A stretch of DNA of 39,279 nt from an archaeon (GCA_043815885.1 JBDRIL010000030.1:1-39279); one strand, 5' to 3'; counted from the stretch's first letter, positions 18,504 through 28,035 are shown. The notes: generated by a model from the sequence alone, not told the origin. A program made the numbers and translations.

Positions 18504-20929
18504 ATAAAAATGAATTAACGCAGGAAATTGTTTTTAATGATTTAGGCAAAAAGCAATTACTCAAGCTAAACAAGGAAATGTATTTGTCCTTGAATCTGGA
18601 AGAATTAAAGACAATCCAGAATTACTTTAAGAAAAAGAAGAGGAATCCAAGGGATATTGAACTGGAGACTATCGCACAGACCTGGAGCGAGCACTGCAAG
18701 CACAAGGTGTTTGGGGGGATAATTAATTACGGAGAGGAAGTTGAAGGAAAAAAGGCAAAGCAAAAGAAATTAATTAATTCTCTTTTCAATACCTACATCA
18801 GGAATCCCACTAAAAGAATTGAGAAAAAGGTTAATTGGCTTGTATCAGTATTCAGTGACAATGCAGGAGTAATTAAATTCAATAAAGACTATGATATTGC
18901 GTTTAAGGTTGAAACACACAATCATCCTTCTGCTTTAGATCCTTATGGAGGGGCGGGAACAGGAATTGGAGGAGTGATTAGAGACATTCTTGGGGTGGGT
19001 TTAGGCGCTAAACCGATTGCTAATACTGATGTATTCTGTTTTGCTCCTCACGATTATCCAAGCAAAAAAATTCCTCCAAAGATACTTCATCCAAAAAGAA
19101 TCGCAAAAGGAGTCAGGGCAGGAGTAAGGGACTATGGAAACAGGATGGGAATTCCTACTTTAAATGGAGCAATTCTGTTTGATGAAAGATATCTAGGGAA
19201 TCCATTAGTGTATTGCGGTACAGTTGGATTAATGCCAAAAGGCTTGCACAAGAAAAAAGTTCATCCAGGAGATTTAATTGTAAGTGTTGGAGGCAGGACT
19301 GGAAGAGACGGCATTCACGGAGTAACTTTTGCTTCAGCTGAGTTGGAAGAAAGTACTCCTTCTTCTCCGGTACAGATCGGCAATCCAATAGAAGAAAAGA
19401 AAACCCTTGATGTATTGCTTCAGGCAAGAGATGAAAAACTCTATAACTGCATTACTGATTGCGGTGGAGGGGGTTACAGCAGTGCAATAGGGGAAACAGC
19501 AAAAGAGATTGGTGCAAGAGTCTATCTTGAAAAGGCTCCATTAAAGTACAGAGGCCTTAAACCATGGGAGATTTGGGTTAGTGAAAGCCAGGAAAGAATG
19601 CTTGTTGCTGTCCCAAAAGAAAACAAGGAAAAATTCATTGCCTTGTGTGAAGCAGAGAATGTTGAAGCAACAGTAATAGGGGAATACACTAACACCAGGA
19701 AACTGGAATTGTTTTATGAAGGTTATATGATTGGAGAATTGGAAATGAATTTCCTTCATAATGGACTGCCTAAAAGAAATTTGAAAGCTGAATGGGAGAT
19801 TCCCAAAACAAAGGAACCAAAATTAAAGGAGAAAAATGATTACTCTAAAATTTTAATTCAATTGCTTTCAATGCCGAACATTGCCTCAAAGGAAACAACG
19901 ATAAGGCAGTATGACCATGAGGTACAGGGAGGATCTGTCTTAAAGTCATTGGTTGGAGAAGAAAATGACGGCCCAGGAGATGCAGCAATCATCAAGCCAT
20001 TATTTGATTCAGATGAAGGGATAATTATTTCCAATGGAATCAATCCATTGTATGGAGACATTGATTCCTATTGGATGGCTGCTTCCTCCATTGATGAAGC
20101 AATAAGAAACATTATTGCGGTAGGGGGAAGCCTTGAGAGAATTGCCTTGCTGGATAATTTCTGCTGGGGCAATCCAGAAAGAGAAAATGAGTTGGGAAAG
20201 TTGGTTCGAGCGTGCCAGGCATGCAATGATTTTTCGTCTGTTTTTGGAACCCCGTTTATTTCAGGAAAGGATTCCTTCTACAATGAATTCCTTATAAAGA
20301 AAAAATTTATCTCTATTCCTGCAACTTTACTGATTTCTGCAATGGGAGTAATGAAGAATCCAGTAAAACGGATTTCAATGGACTTGAAGGAAGCGAGAAA
20401 TTTAATTTATGTGGCTGGAAATACTTTCAATGAATTGGGGGGAAGCCATTACTATAAGCTTCATGATTTTACTGGAAGGAATGTTCCAAAAGTTAATGCA
20501 TTAAAGGCAAAAAAACTGTATGAAGCAATTGAAAAAGCTTCTTCTGTTGGAGAAAACAATTCTGAGAGAGTGATTCGCTCAATGCATGACCCCAGTGAGG
20601 GAGGAATTGCTGTGGCATTGGCTGAAATGGCCTTTGCCGGAATGAAGGGAGCAGAAATTGATTTAAGCAGGATTCCATTCGAGGGAAACGAAAAAGAAAA
20701 AAGAAATGATGTACTGCTTTTCAGTGAATCCAATTCAAGACTGCTTATAGAGGTTCCGGAAAAATTCAAGAAAAAATTCGAGGCAATAATGAAAGGAAAT
20801 GTTTTTGCTGAAATCGGCAGGATAACAAAAAAAGAAAAATTAATCGTGAAAGGATTGAACGGGAAGGAAATAATTAATTCAGATTTGAGAGAATTAAAGG
20901 ATGCATGGAAAAAAACACTGAATTGGTGA
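18500..20929 (+). CDS. purL: FGAM synthase PurL subunit
   Basis: QTWSEHCKH, FKVETHNHPS, GGVIRD, DCGGGG, SESQERM, QYDHEV and ISGKDS motifs. Confidence 0.98.
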   Translation: MNKNELTQEIVFNDLGKKQLLKLNKEMYLSLNLEELKTIQNYFKKKKRNPRDIELETIAQTWSEHCKHKVFGGIINYGEEVEGKKAKQKKLINSLFNTYIRNPTKRIEKKVNWLVSVFSDNAGVIKFNKDYDIAFKVETHNHPSALDPYGGAGTGIGGVIRDILGVGLGAKPIANTDVFCFAPHDYPSKKIPPKILHPKRIAKGVRAGVRDYGNRMGIPTLNGAILFDERYLGNPLVYCGTVGLMPKGLHKKKVHPGDLIVSVGGRTGRDGIHGVTFASAELEESTPSSPVQIGNPIEEKKTLDVLLQARDEKLYNCITDCGGGGYSSAIGETAKEIGARVYLEKAPLKYRGLKPWEIWVSESQERMLVAVPKENKEKFIALCEAENVEATVIGEYTNTRKLELFYEGYMIGELEMNFLHNGLPKRNLKAEWEIPKTKEPKLKEKNDYSKILIQLLSMPNIASKETTIRQYDHEVQGGSVLKSLVGEENDGPGDAAIIKPLFDSDEGIIISNGINPLYGDIDSYWMAASSIDEAIRNIIAVGGSLERIALLDNFCWGNPERENELGKLVRACQACNDFSSVFGTPFISGKDSFYNEFLIKKKFISIPATLLISAMGVMKNPVKRISMDLKEARNLIYVAGNTFNELGGSHYYKLHDFTGRNVPKVNALKAKKLYEAIEKASSVGENNSERVIRSMHDPSEGGIAVALAEMAFAGMKGAEIDLSRIPFEGNEKEKRNDVLLFSESNSRLLIEVPEKFKKKFEAIMKGNVFAEIGRITKKEKLIVKGLNGKEIINSDLRELKDAWKKTLNW

Positions 20930-20935
20930 AAGGAA

Positions 20936-21694
20936 ATGAAACAAGTAAAGGCAATTGTGTTGAGGACTGCTGGAACGAATTGTGATTATGAGACAGTGGA
21001 GACCTTGAAAAAAGCCGGGGCTGAAGTTGAATTAATTCATGTGAATCAATTAATCCGGAGAGAAAAGGATTTGTCTGATTTTCAGTTGCTGGTGATTGCT
21101 GGAGGGTTTTGCCATGGAGATTATCTTGGTTCAGGCAAGATTCTTGCAAATAAATTAATTTACAGGCTTGATGACTTGATTTTTGATTTCGTAAAAGAAG
21201 GAAATTTAGTGTTGGGTGTATGCAATGGATTCCAGGTGTTGGTGAAGAGTGGTTTGTTGCCTGGATTCAATCAGGATTACGGCAAGCAATTGCTTACTCT
21301 GACTTTTAATGATTCAGGCCATTTCCAGGGAGAATGGATTAAATTGAATAATGTGAATAAAAAGAAGTGTGTCTGGAGCAAGGGAATAAAGGAAATGCAT
21401 CTGCCTATTGCGCATGCAGAAGGAAGAATTGATTTAGAGGACAAGAATGTATTAAAGCAGTTATATGATAATGATCAAATTGTATTCAAGTATGAAGTAA
21501 ATCCAAATGGTTCAATGGATTCAATTGCAGGAATATGCGATGATTCAGGAAGGATTCTTGGATTAATGCCTCATCCTGAAAGAAATCATTCCTTTCTTAA
21601 TGACCCGAGAAGCACGAGAATTAGTTTGCCTAAAGAAGGGGAAGGCGTACAGTTATTCAGGAACGGAGTGGATTATGCAAGAAAGCATTTATAA
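20936..21694 (+). CDS. purQ: FGAM synthase glutaminase subunit PurQ
   Basis: GTNCD, GGF..GD, GVCNGFQ, AHAEG and GLMPHPER motifs. Confidence 0.97.
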   Translation: MKQVKAIVLRTAGTNCDYETVETLKKAGAEVELIHVNQLIRREKDLSDFQLLVIAGGFCHGDYLGSGKILANKLIYRLDDLIFDFVKEGNLVLGVCNGFQVLVKSGLLPGFNQDYGKQLLTLTFNDSGHFQGEWIKLNNVNKKKCVWSKGIKEMHLPIAHAEGRIDLEDKNVLKQLYDNDQIVFKYEVNPNGSMDSIAGICDDSGRILGLMPHPERNHSFLNDPRSTRISLPKEGEGVQLFRNGVDYARKHL

Positions 21695-21719
21695 CAAAAA
21701 GATTTTTATATAGTTTGCT

Positions 21720-21971
21720 ATGTATGTACTATTGGTGGTCTATGTGGCTAATGTTACTTCTATTCAGGTTAGGAAAGAGGCAGTTAAAGCCTTAAAAGAA
21801 GCAAAAGAGTACTCGAGGCAGACTTACACAGAGCTGATTCTAAAGATGTCAAAAATATTCAGGGAAACAAAGAAAAGAAACCAGTATGATGAATTCCTGC
21901 ACAAAATCCAGCAACCAAAAATGAAAGAATTATGGGATAACAAGGAAGACGAAGGGTGGGAAAATGTATAG
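21720..21971 (+). CDS. Putative antitoxin (RHH-like N-terminus, acidic WDNKEDEGW tail); start may be GTG 21744
   Basis: TSIQV..LKEAKEYSRQTYTELI pattern; overlaps the downstream PemK/MazF gene. Confidence 0.7.
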   Translation: MYVLLVVYVANVTSIQVRKEAVKALKEAKEYSRQTYTELILKMSKIFRETKKRNQYDEFLHKIQQPKMKELWDNKEDEGWENV

Positions 21972-22278
21972 TCCTGGAGACATCGTTTTGGCGCACCTTC
22001 AATTTACTGATACTTTTGAAATTAAAACAAGGCCTGCCCTAATACTGTTTGAGGAATTTGGAAATATTGTTGTTGCTGGAATCACCAGCAATCTGGAAAT
22101 GGAGGGCATTCAATTAACAAAAAAAGAAGGCGCGGCGAAGGAAAGTGTAATTAAACTGAACTATATTTTCACTATCTCCCAAGCAATGATAAAGAAAAAA
22201 TTATTTGAGCTTTCAAAAGAGAAAAAAGAATTAGTCTATAAAGAGCTGAATAAAAGAATAATAAAAATTATTACTTGA
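21964..22278 (+). CDS. PemK/MazF-family toxin
   Basis: GDIVL..FTD...KTRPALIL...VVAGITS motif. Confidence 0.88.
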   Translation: MYSPGDIVLAHLQFTDTFEIKTRPALILFEEFGNIVVAGITSNLEMEGIQLTKKEGAAKESVIKLNYIFTISQAMIKKKLFELSKEKKELVYKELNKRIIKIIT

Positions 22279-22381
22279 CACTATAGAATGATATTTATTT
22301 CTTTCCTAGTTACTAAATAACTGGCGATAAACGAATGAGAAAACCAAGAAGCATAGAACCGTATCAATAAATTATTTTGTT

Positions 22382-22636
22382 GTGAAAAAAATGAAGAAAG
22401 CAAAAACCCAAAAAAAATCACCGGAAAAAATTTCAAAAGAAATGACTCTGGGGGAAATTGCAAGGGATTACCCTGAAACAATAAGCGTATTATTTGAATA
22501 CGGAATGCATTGTATTGGCTGTCCTGTTTCAATGATGGAAACCCTTGAACAAGGAGCAAAAGCTCATGGGATGAGTGAAGAAAAAATAAATAAAATGATT
22601 GAAGAAATGAATAAAAAAATAAAGAAGAAAAAATAA
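22382..22636 (+). CDS. DUF1858 / hybrid-cluster-associated redox disulfide domain protein
   Basis: ISKEMTLGEI..YPE..GMHCIGCP...ETLEQGAKAHG motif. Confidence 0.88.
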   Translation: MKKMKKAKTQKKSPEKISKEMTLGEIARDYPETISVLFEYGMHCIGCPVSMMETLEQGAKAHGMSEEKINKMIEEMNKKIKKKK

Positions 22637-22702
22637 TTCTTTTCTTATTTTATTGTATATCGAAGGCATACAATATTTTTTTGATAATTTACTGGATTGA
22701 AA

Positions 22703-23332
22703 ATGAAGAAAAATATAAATAAAATAATTCTTTTGCTGAGAAAAGAAGTTCCTTCAGACAAGGCAGTGGTATGGAATGAAGATCCATTCAGGGTATTGAT
22801 TGCAACCATTCTTTCTCAGAGAACAAGGGATGAAAACACTAGAAAGGCAACAGAAAAACTTTTTTCTAGATTCAGCAAGCCAAAACAAATTGCTGGAGCC
22901 GATTTAAGGGAGTTAAGAAAATTAATTAAGCCAAGCGGTTTCTACAGAGTAAAAGCTGAAAGAATAAAGAAAGTAAGCAAACAATTAATGAATGAATTTA
23001 GTGGAATGGTTCCAGAAAAAATTGAGGATTTATTGAAATTGGAGGGAGTTGGAAGAAAGACAGCTAACTGTGTATTGGTTTATGGTTTTAACCTTCCGGC
23101 AATTCCTGTTGATACCCACGTCCACAGAATTTCCAACAGGATTGGATTAGTGAAGACAAAAAACCCGGAAGAAACAGAAAAAGAATTAATGAAAGCAATT
23201 CCAAAAAAATACTGGATTGAATTCAATCACTTAATGGTTAGGTTCGGGCAAAAAAAATGCCTTCCAAGAAATCCCAAATGCAGAATCTGTTCAGTGAATA
23301 CGTATTGTGATTATTTTGAAAAGAATTATTAG
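22703..23332 (+). CDS. nth: Endonuclease III
   Basis: [10 protein letters not shown], Hh[18 protein letters not shown] and Fe-S loop C-x6-C-x2-C-x5-C. Confidence 0.96.
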   Translation: MKKNINKIILLLRKEVPSDKAVVWNEDPFRVLIATILSQRTRDENTRKATEKLFSRFSKPKQIAGADLRELRKLIKPSGFYRVKAERIKKVSKQLMNEFSGMVPEKIEDLLKLEGVGRKTANCVLVYGFNLPAIPVDTHVHRISNRIGLVKTKNPEETEKELMKAIPKKYWIEFNHLMVRFGQKKCLPRNPKCRICSVNTYCDYFEKNY

Positions 23333-23349
23333 TTAATTTGAAATGAATT

Positions 23350-24048
23350 TTATGGTTTTCTTCCTTTTTGTTTTTGTTTTGTCAGTCTATCTCTTTTTAA
23401 TTTTCCTCTTAGTCTGAGTACCCGCTGTTTGTTTTTTTCATTAATCCATATCATAGCTTTAGTGTATATTTTTCCAGTTGGGGTTAAAGCTTTCAAACAT
23501 TTTCTTGGAGGGATCCCTAATTTTTCGGCAACTGTTTGATGCCAAAGCCCCATTATTGCTGCATCAACTTTTTCTCTTTTCATCTCTTGAATCATTGTTT
23601 TTTCGAGCAACACTGCTTTAACATAATCCTGTTTAGCTTCTCTATCCTTTAGTATTTTTTCTATTTCGTTCGCTCCCTTAATAGAACCTTCTTTTTTTAG
23701 TTTTTTAATTAACTCTTTTAGCCCATTTCTGTTTTTCTCGTCAACAGAAAACATGTTATATACACGATCAAATCGTTCAGAAATCAAGGGAACAATTTTT
23801 ACTCCCTTTTTTAGACAATATTTCTTGATTAATTTTGAGAATGGATGACTTGGATTTCTTAGTTCTTCAATGTATACTTCCATCCCTAATACCATTCCTC
23901 TTTTTAATGTCCTGTTTAACGCTTTTTCAATTCTTGGCCAAATAAAAAACCTATAAAATACTTCACTTTGGCCTTTCAATAATTTTGATAACGCCCTGTC
24001 TCTCACCGAGCCATGCTGAACTAAAATCAAGAAAGGCTTTTTTTCCAT
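23350..24048 (-). CDS. Basic orphan protein, possibly TraB/Tiki/EreA/ChaN-like fold
   Basis: Spaced motifs VQH, GME, GVKIVPL, EKTMI and MGLWH; GGAG SD. Fold assignment is by eye only. Confidence 0.6.
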   Translation of the reverse strand: MEKKPFLILVQHGSVRDRALSKLLKGQSEVFYRFFIWPRIEKALNRTLKRGMVLGMEVYIEELRNPSHPFSKLIKKYCLKKGVKIVPLISERFDRVYNMFSVDEKNRNGLKELIKKLKKEGSIKGANEIEKILKDREAKQDYVKAVLLEKTMIQEMKREKVDAAIMGLWHQTVAEKLGIPPRKCLKALTPTGKIYTKAMIWINEKNKQRVLRLRGKLKRDRLTKQKQKGRKP

Positions 24049-24062
24049 TATTTTTATCTCCT

Positions 24063-24872
24063 TTAAATTTTACTTATTGCTTTCTCCACTTCTTCTTCTC
24101 TTACAATTCTTTCTCCTTTGTTTTCTGCATTCATTCCTGCTTCCTTCAGTAAATGGATTCCTTTTCTGATGTCTTTGGATTGAAAGGTTTTCCCTGCAAC
24201 CAACTTAATTGCATTTTCTTCCCACGAATTTTCGAAGAAGGCGAGCTTTATTCTTTCTTTAATGATGTCTTCCACTTCCTTTCTTCCGTATTCCTTGAAT
24301 TCAATTGTTTCTGGAATCAGTCTGCTCTTTATTCTTGCATCCAGTAATGCAATCCATTCAGGGTTATTGGTAATAAGGATAATGGATTTGCTTTCCAGTT
24401 CTTCCAGCAGAGTGTAAAGGAACCTGTATTCCTCTGCCTTGTCTATTTCGTCAAAAGCTAATACTAAACCTTTCCTTGTTTTAAGCATTAACTTTATTTT
24501 TTCAATTAACTGGACTTCATTCAATCCCTGAGTCAAGCCATAGCCTAACTCCTTTGAAATTTTTTCCAGAATGTTTTGGGAAGAGCTCAGCTTCCAGCAA
24601 TTAACAAACCCTACTCCAATTTCTTCTCCTTCTTCTTCTCTTAAGTCTTCCAATACCCTTTTTACTGCATGCGTCTTTCCTATCCCGCTCAATCCGTGAA
24701 TCAATAGATTTCCTGCATTTCCTTCATTCAGTAATGGCTTAATTGTTTCTGCAATGTGTTTTTGCTCGTTTTCCCTGTGGAAGAGAAATTTAGGTAAGTA
24801 ATCCAGTGAAAGAGAATCAATGTTGGAGAAAATGCTTTCATTTTCTTTTAAGGAAGAAAAGTATTCCTTCAT
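24063..24872 (-). CDS. cdc6: Cdc6/Orc1-like AAA+ ATPase, short form lacking the winged-helix domain
   Basis: YLPKFLFHRE, GLSGIGKT Walker A, VNC, FDEID Walker B, RIKSRL and DIRKGI. Ends at 269 aa. Confidence 0.88.
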   Translation of the reverse strand: MKEYFSSLKENESIFSNIDSLSLDYLPKFLFHRENEQKHIAETIKPLLNEGNAGNLLIHGLSGIGKTHAVKRVLEDLREEEGEEIGVGFVNCWKLSSSQNILEKISKELGYGLTQGLNEVQLIEKIKLMLKTRKGLVLAFDEIDKAEEYRFLYTLLEELESKSIILITNNPEWIALLDARIKSRLIPETIEFKEYGRKEVEDIIKERIKLAFFENSWEENAIKLVAGKTFQSKDIRKGIHLLKEAGMNAENKGERIVREEEVEKAISKI

Positions 24873-24932
24873 GATTAAAGATTAATTGAATCAAACAGAA
24901 TTAAATTATTTCTGTTTACTGAATTAATTGTT

Positions 24933-25205
24933 ATGGGGAAAAGAATTCATTTAATGGTAACTGGGGTTGTCCAGAGAATTGGCTTCAGGTTTGCTGTAAG
25001 GAATCTGGCTGATTCCATCAGAGTGAATGGTTTTGTTAGAAATGTTTCAGATGGAAGGGTAGAGATAGTTGCAGAGGGAAGGGAAGAAGTCCTGAAAAGA
25101 ATGATTGAAGAAATAAGGAATTTTAATTTTACTCATGTGAAAAAAGTTGAAGAGAAATGGGAAGAAACAAAAAACGAATTCAATGAATTTGAAATAAGGT
25201 ATTAA
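24933..25205 (+). CDS. acyP: Acylphosphatase
   Basis: GVVQRIGFR..GFVRN..DGRVE..AEG..FEIRY motifs. Confidence 0.93.
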   Translation: MGKRIHLMVTGVVQRIGFRFAVRNLADSIRVNGFVRNVSDGRVEIVAEGREEVLKRMIEEIRNFNFTHVKKVEEKWEETKNEFNEFEIRY

Positions 25206-25684
25206 GATTTAATTGTCAGGGTTGCAGTGGCAGTGAAATTCCTGTCCGGAGTCCTGAAGTAAATGTCTATTGCATAGCCCCCTGAAACAATCTCGGCATT
25301 AGGGGAAGGCTGTATCATAAACGCATTGCCTAATTCAAACTTCCTTGATTCTCCTTTTCCTAGTACAGGGATAGTTCTCTTTGAATTAAATACAATCAGG
25401 CTTTTTTCGTCTCTTGGCTTAACCTCTAATTCCAAACCAGTCAAGTCCCTGTCAAGCGTATTGTAGACTGTAACTGAAAGAAGTGTCGAGTTGGTGTCAC
25501 CTAAATTCAAAGGGTTATCGGAAAAAGAGTATTGAATTGCATTTGCTTTCAGCCAGGAAGCAGCCAAAAAAGAAATAACTATAATTACAATTATCAGAAT
25601 CAATGCAAGAAGAGGGAACTTTAACTTCTTTATCTCAAACTTGAATCCAAAGTCCCACTTTCTTTTTTGGTCGTATATGCCCAT
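25202..25684 (-). CDS. Membrane-anchored hypothetical protein with beta-rich (Ig-like) extracellular domain
   Basis: One N-terminal TM helix followed by a beta-strand pattern; AGGTGA SD. Confidence 0.75.
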   Translation of the reverse strand: MGIYDQKRKWDFGFKFEIKKLKFPLLALILIIVIIVISFLAASWLKANAIQYSFSDNPLNLGDTNSTLLSVTVYNTLDRDLTGLELEVKPRDEKSLIVFNSKRTIPVLGKGESRKFELGNAFMIQPSPNAEIVSGGYAIDIYFRTPDRNFTATATLTIKS

Positions 25685-25728
25685 TTATGCCTTCACCTAA
25701 ATAATTAGTTTAACATAATATAAAAAGA

Positions 25729-26031
25729 TTACTCTTGGAGAGGGAACAGCCTTTTATCCTTTCCTTCAAGCAGTTTTGCCTTTATCCCTGCATCAAGCCA
25801 TGCATAAGCATAAGAAAATGCAGCAAGAGCATTCAATAAATCCTTTTTTTCCCTGAAATACTTTGCATCAGAAAAATAATTCCTTGCCATTGAAATGAAT
25901 TCACTTGCAATAGCATAATCCGGGCTTTCTTCTTCCGCTTTAATCTTTATATCGTTCAAGGCCTTTTCTGTAAGGGATTCATATCTTTTTACTTTTTCAT
26001 TTAATTTTTTCTCTAGTTCTTTCCTATTCAT
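25729..26031 (-). CDS. DUF357 family protein
   Basis: MARNYFSDAKYF..GD-like..ALAAFSYAYAWLDAG motif; follows dph5. Confidence 0.88.
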   Translation of the reverse strand: MNRKELEKKLNEKVKRYESLTEKALNDIKIKAEEESPDYAIASEFISMARNYFSDAKYFREKKDLLNALAAFSYAYAWLDAGIKAKLLEGKDKRLFPLQE

Positions 26032-26785
26032 TAAATTCACTTAACTCCTTCAATGCATTTAATTCAAATTCACTCAGTCTGCTGCAAACAATCAAGGAAT
26101 GAGGTCTTCCGCCAAAAGAATATTTCTTCAACTCCTCTGCTCTTCCTGCCTTTAACTGCATTTTACTGCTTCCGACTGCACTCATTCCAACCAGAATACT
26201 TTCAGAAATAATTTTTTCTTTTCTTTTTGCTTCAATTCCCTCAAGTATTTCAATTGCCTCTTTTACGCTCATGAATTTTTTTTCCTCTGCCTTAATGTCA
26301 AGAAGGCAAAGGCTATGCAAGTCATTCTTCTTATTTTTTGCTATCACGTCATAGAATGATTCGGGAGCATAATTTTTCTCGGGAAAAACAATTGAAGTAA
26401 TCCCCCCGAACCTGTATGCACTCAATCCTGTCAAGGAAACAAAATCAATTATTGAAAGAGAGGGAATTGCCTTGAATGGAATGCGTTTCTTTTTTAATTC
26501 CAGAAGCAAAGAAAGGTGGGTTGTTGCGGTCAATGGATTTCCATAAACCAGAAGAGCAGTATTTTCTTTTTTATCAAAAAAATATTTCTTGTATTTTTTT
26601 TCTACCTGTTCTCTCCCAAGAGAAATGATTTTTTTTCTTGTCTTTCCCTGCAATTCTTTAATGCTTCCTTCGGGATAAACTGAGGTATAGCTTTCAAGGA
26701 AAACTTTTTTGCATTTCTTTATTGCATTCAGTGCTTCTAAAGAAATGTGTTCTGGTTTTAATCCAATTCCAATCAAATAAAACAT
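26024..26785 (-). CDS. dph5: Diphthine synthase
   Basis: LIGIGL, LESYTS, GNPLTATTH, GL..YRFG, PESFYD and HSLCLLDI motifs. Confidence 0.94.
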   Translation of the reverse strand: MFYLIGIGLKPEHISLEALNAIKKCKKVFLESYTSVYPEGSIKELQGKTRKKIISLGREQVEKKYKKYFFDKKENTALLVYGNPLTATTHLSLLLELKKKRIPFKAIPSLSIIDFVSLTGLSAYRFGGITSIVFPEKNYAPESFYDVIAKNKKNDLHSLCLLDIKAEEKKFMSVKEAIEILEGIEAKRKEKIISESILVGMSAVGSSKMQLKAGRAEELKKYSFGGRPHSLIVCSRLSEFELNALKELSEFNE

Positions 26786-26958
26786 TTAATAAGTTATTAA
26801 TGAAAATCTTTTTTAATAGGATTTTTTTCCTGAAAAAACATTTTTTTGAAGAAAATAAAAAAATTTTCAAAAAAAATTAAAAAAAAAGAAAACATTTAAA
26901 TAGGAGAAGAGTTATTATTTAATTAAATTAAAATTTTTTTTAAAAGGAGGGAAGTAAG

Positions 26959-27006
26959 ATGGCAAAGGCAAAGAAAAAAACAAAGAAAAAAATAAAGAAA
27001 AAATAA
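26959..27006 (+). CDS. Putative 15-aa Lys-rich peptide MAKAKKKTKKKIKKK
   Basis: TTTAAATA at 26895-26902, SD AAGGAGG at 26944-26950, ATG 26959, TAA 27004-27006, T-tracts downstream. Confidence 0.5.
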   Translation: MAKAKKKTKKKIKKK

Positions 27007-27084
27007 ATGAATAAAGCGTTTTCTTTTTTTGGGAAAAAAGAATCAAGAGATTCTTTTTTTCTCTCTATTTTTTTAATTCCTTTT

Positions 27085-27939
27085 TTATAACACTCCTAAT
27101 GAAAATGAATCCCTTATTCCTGGCGCGAACCCGAGAATTATTATGAATATCTTTATGAAGTTGCAGAGATTCTTGTTTTTTACTTCCTGGCCCAGGAAGT
27201 AGATAATGAATAACACCAGGGATACTTTAACCATCATAAAAGCAAATGGCCCGAAAAAAGTTGTGTTGGTTAAAGAATTAACCCCTTCAATCAGGAAATT
27301 TGATACAACGTGTTGTTCTGAAAACCTTGGAAAGAATGCAAGGGCTGTAAAGGTTGCTGCTCCGTCCAGTGCTTGTCCTGCAAGCGCTGCTATATTCAGC
27401 TTGTCTTTAAATAACTCTAAATCAAAGTGCCTGAAAACGTAATAAAGGATAACCACTATAAAAAAAACTAGGAAGTAAACGAAAAAGAATTCAATTGGAT
27501 TCCTTAATTGAAGAAGGTGAAAGAATGTTATGGGCAATGCAACAAGGTATCCAAACACCCCAAAGAACCTCAGCCTGTCAATTCCATATCTTTTGCCTAA
27601 CTTCATTGAAACAATCAATGAAAAGATAGCGAATAATCCTACTGCAATGTATATCCCTGGAGAAATAGTGTAGAAGCCCAACTCCAATGGGTTACAGGAA
27701 CGCTCCAGTAAATGCATGTCCTCAAAAATTCTTACGGTTGAACCCAATAGAATGTATGGAAAAACATTTTTGAAGAAACTGAAATCAAACTTTATTCCTT
27801 TTTTATGGAAGAAAGGATAAATAATGAAAAAAGAAACAAACAACAGAATAGCAATGTATACAATTGTATTTACTGGATTATATCCCTGGTACTGCGTAAT
27901 GGATTCACAGAAATATGTGTTGAAAAATTCAGCAATCAT
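27085..27939 (-). CDS. DUF63 family archaeal membrane protein
   Basis: GYNPVNT, R..ED, SPGIY, LDG.ATF, EQHV and LGFAPG.RD motifs. Confidence 0.88.
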   Translation of the reverse strand: MIAEFFNTYFCESITQYQGYNPVNTIVYIAILLFVSFFIIYPFFHKKGIKFDFSFFKNVFPYILLGSTVRIFEDMHLLERSCNPLELGFYTISPGIYIAVGLFAIFSLIVSMKLGKRYGIDRLRFFGVFGYLVALPITFFHLLQLRNPIEFFFVYFLVFFIVVILYYVFRHFDLELFKDKLNIAALAGQALDGAATFTALAFFPRFSEQHVVSNFLIEGVNSLTNTTFFGPFAFMMVKVSLVLFIIYFLGQEVKNKNLCNFIKIFIIILGFAPGIRDSFSLGVL

Positions 27940-27967
27940 ATTATGGATTTTAAAGGGTTAGTAATTT

Positions 27968-28032
27968 AAATTAATTTAAAAAATCCTGATTTTTTAAAGC
28001 TTTAAAAACCCGTAGGGTTTTTAAATTAATTT
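27968..28032. promoter_or_regulatory. Quasi-palindromic divergent promoter made of two nested inverted repeats
   Basis: 15-bp outer IR AAATTAATTTAAAAA, inner 11-bp IRs at 27975-27998 and 28001-28025, centred on AAGCTT. Confidence 0.65.
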
Positions 28033-28035
28033 GAT

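Noticed and set aside
22279..22381. 103-bp gap after the MazF gene as a pseudogene or mobile-element end
   Set aside because: No ORF longer than a few codons with expression signals, and no terminal or flanking repeats were found.
24873..24932. Replication origin beside cdc6
   Set aside because: Only 60 bp, no ORB-like G-string repeats, and the Cdc6 lacks its wH domain.
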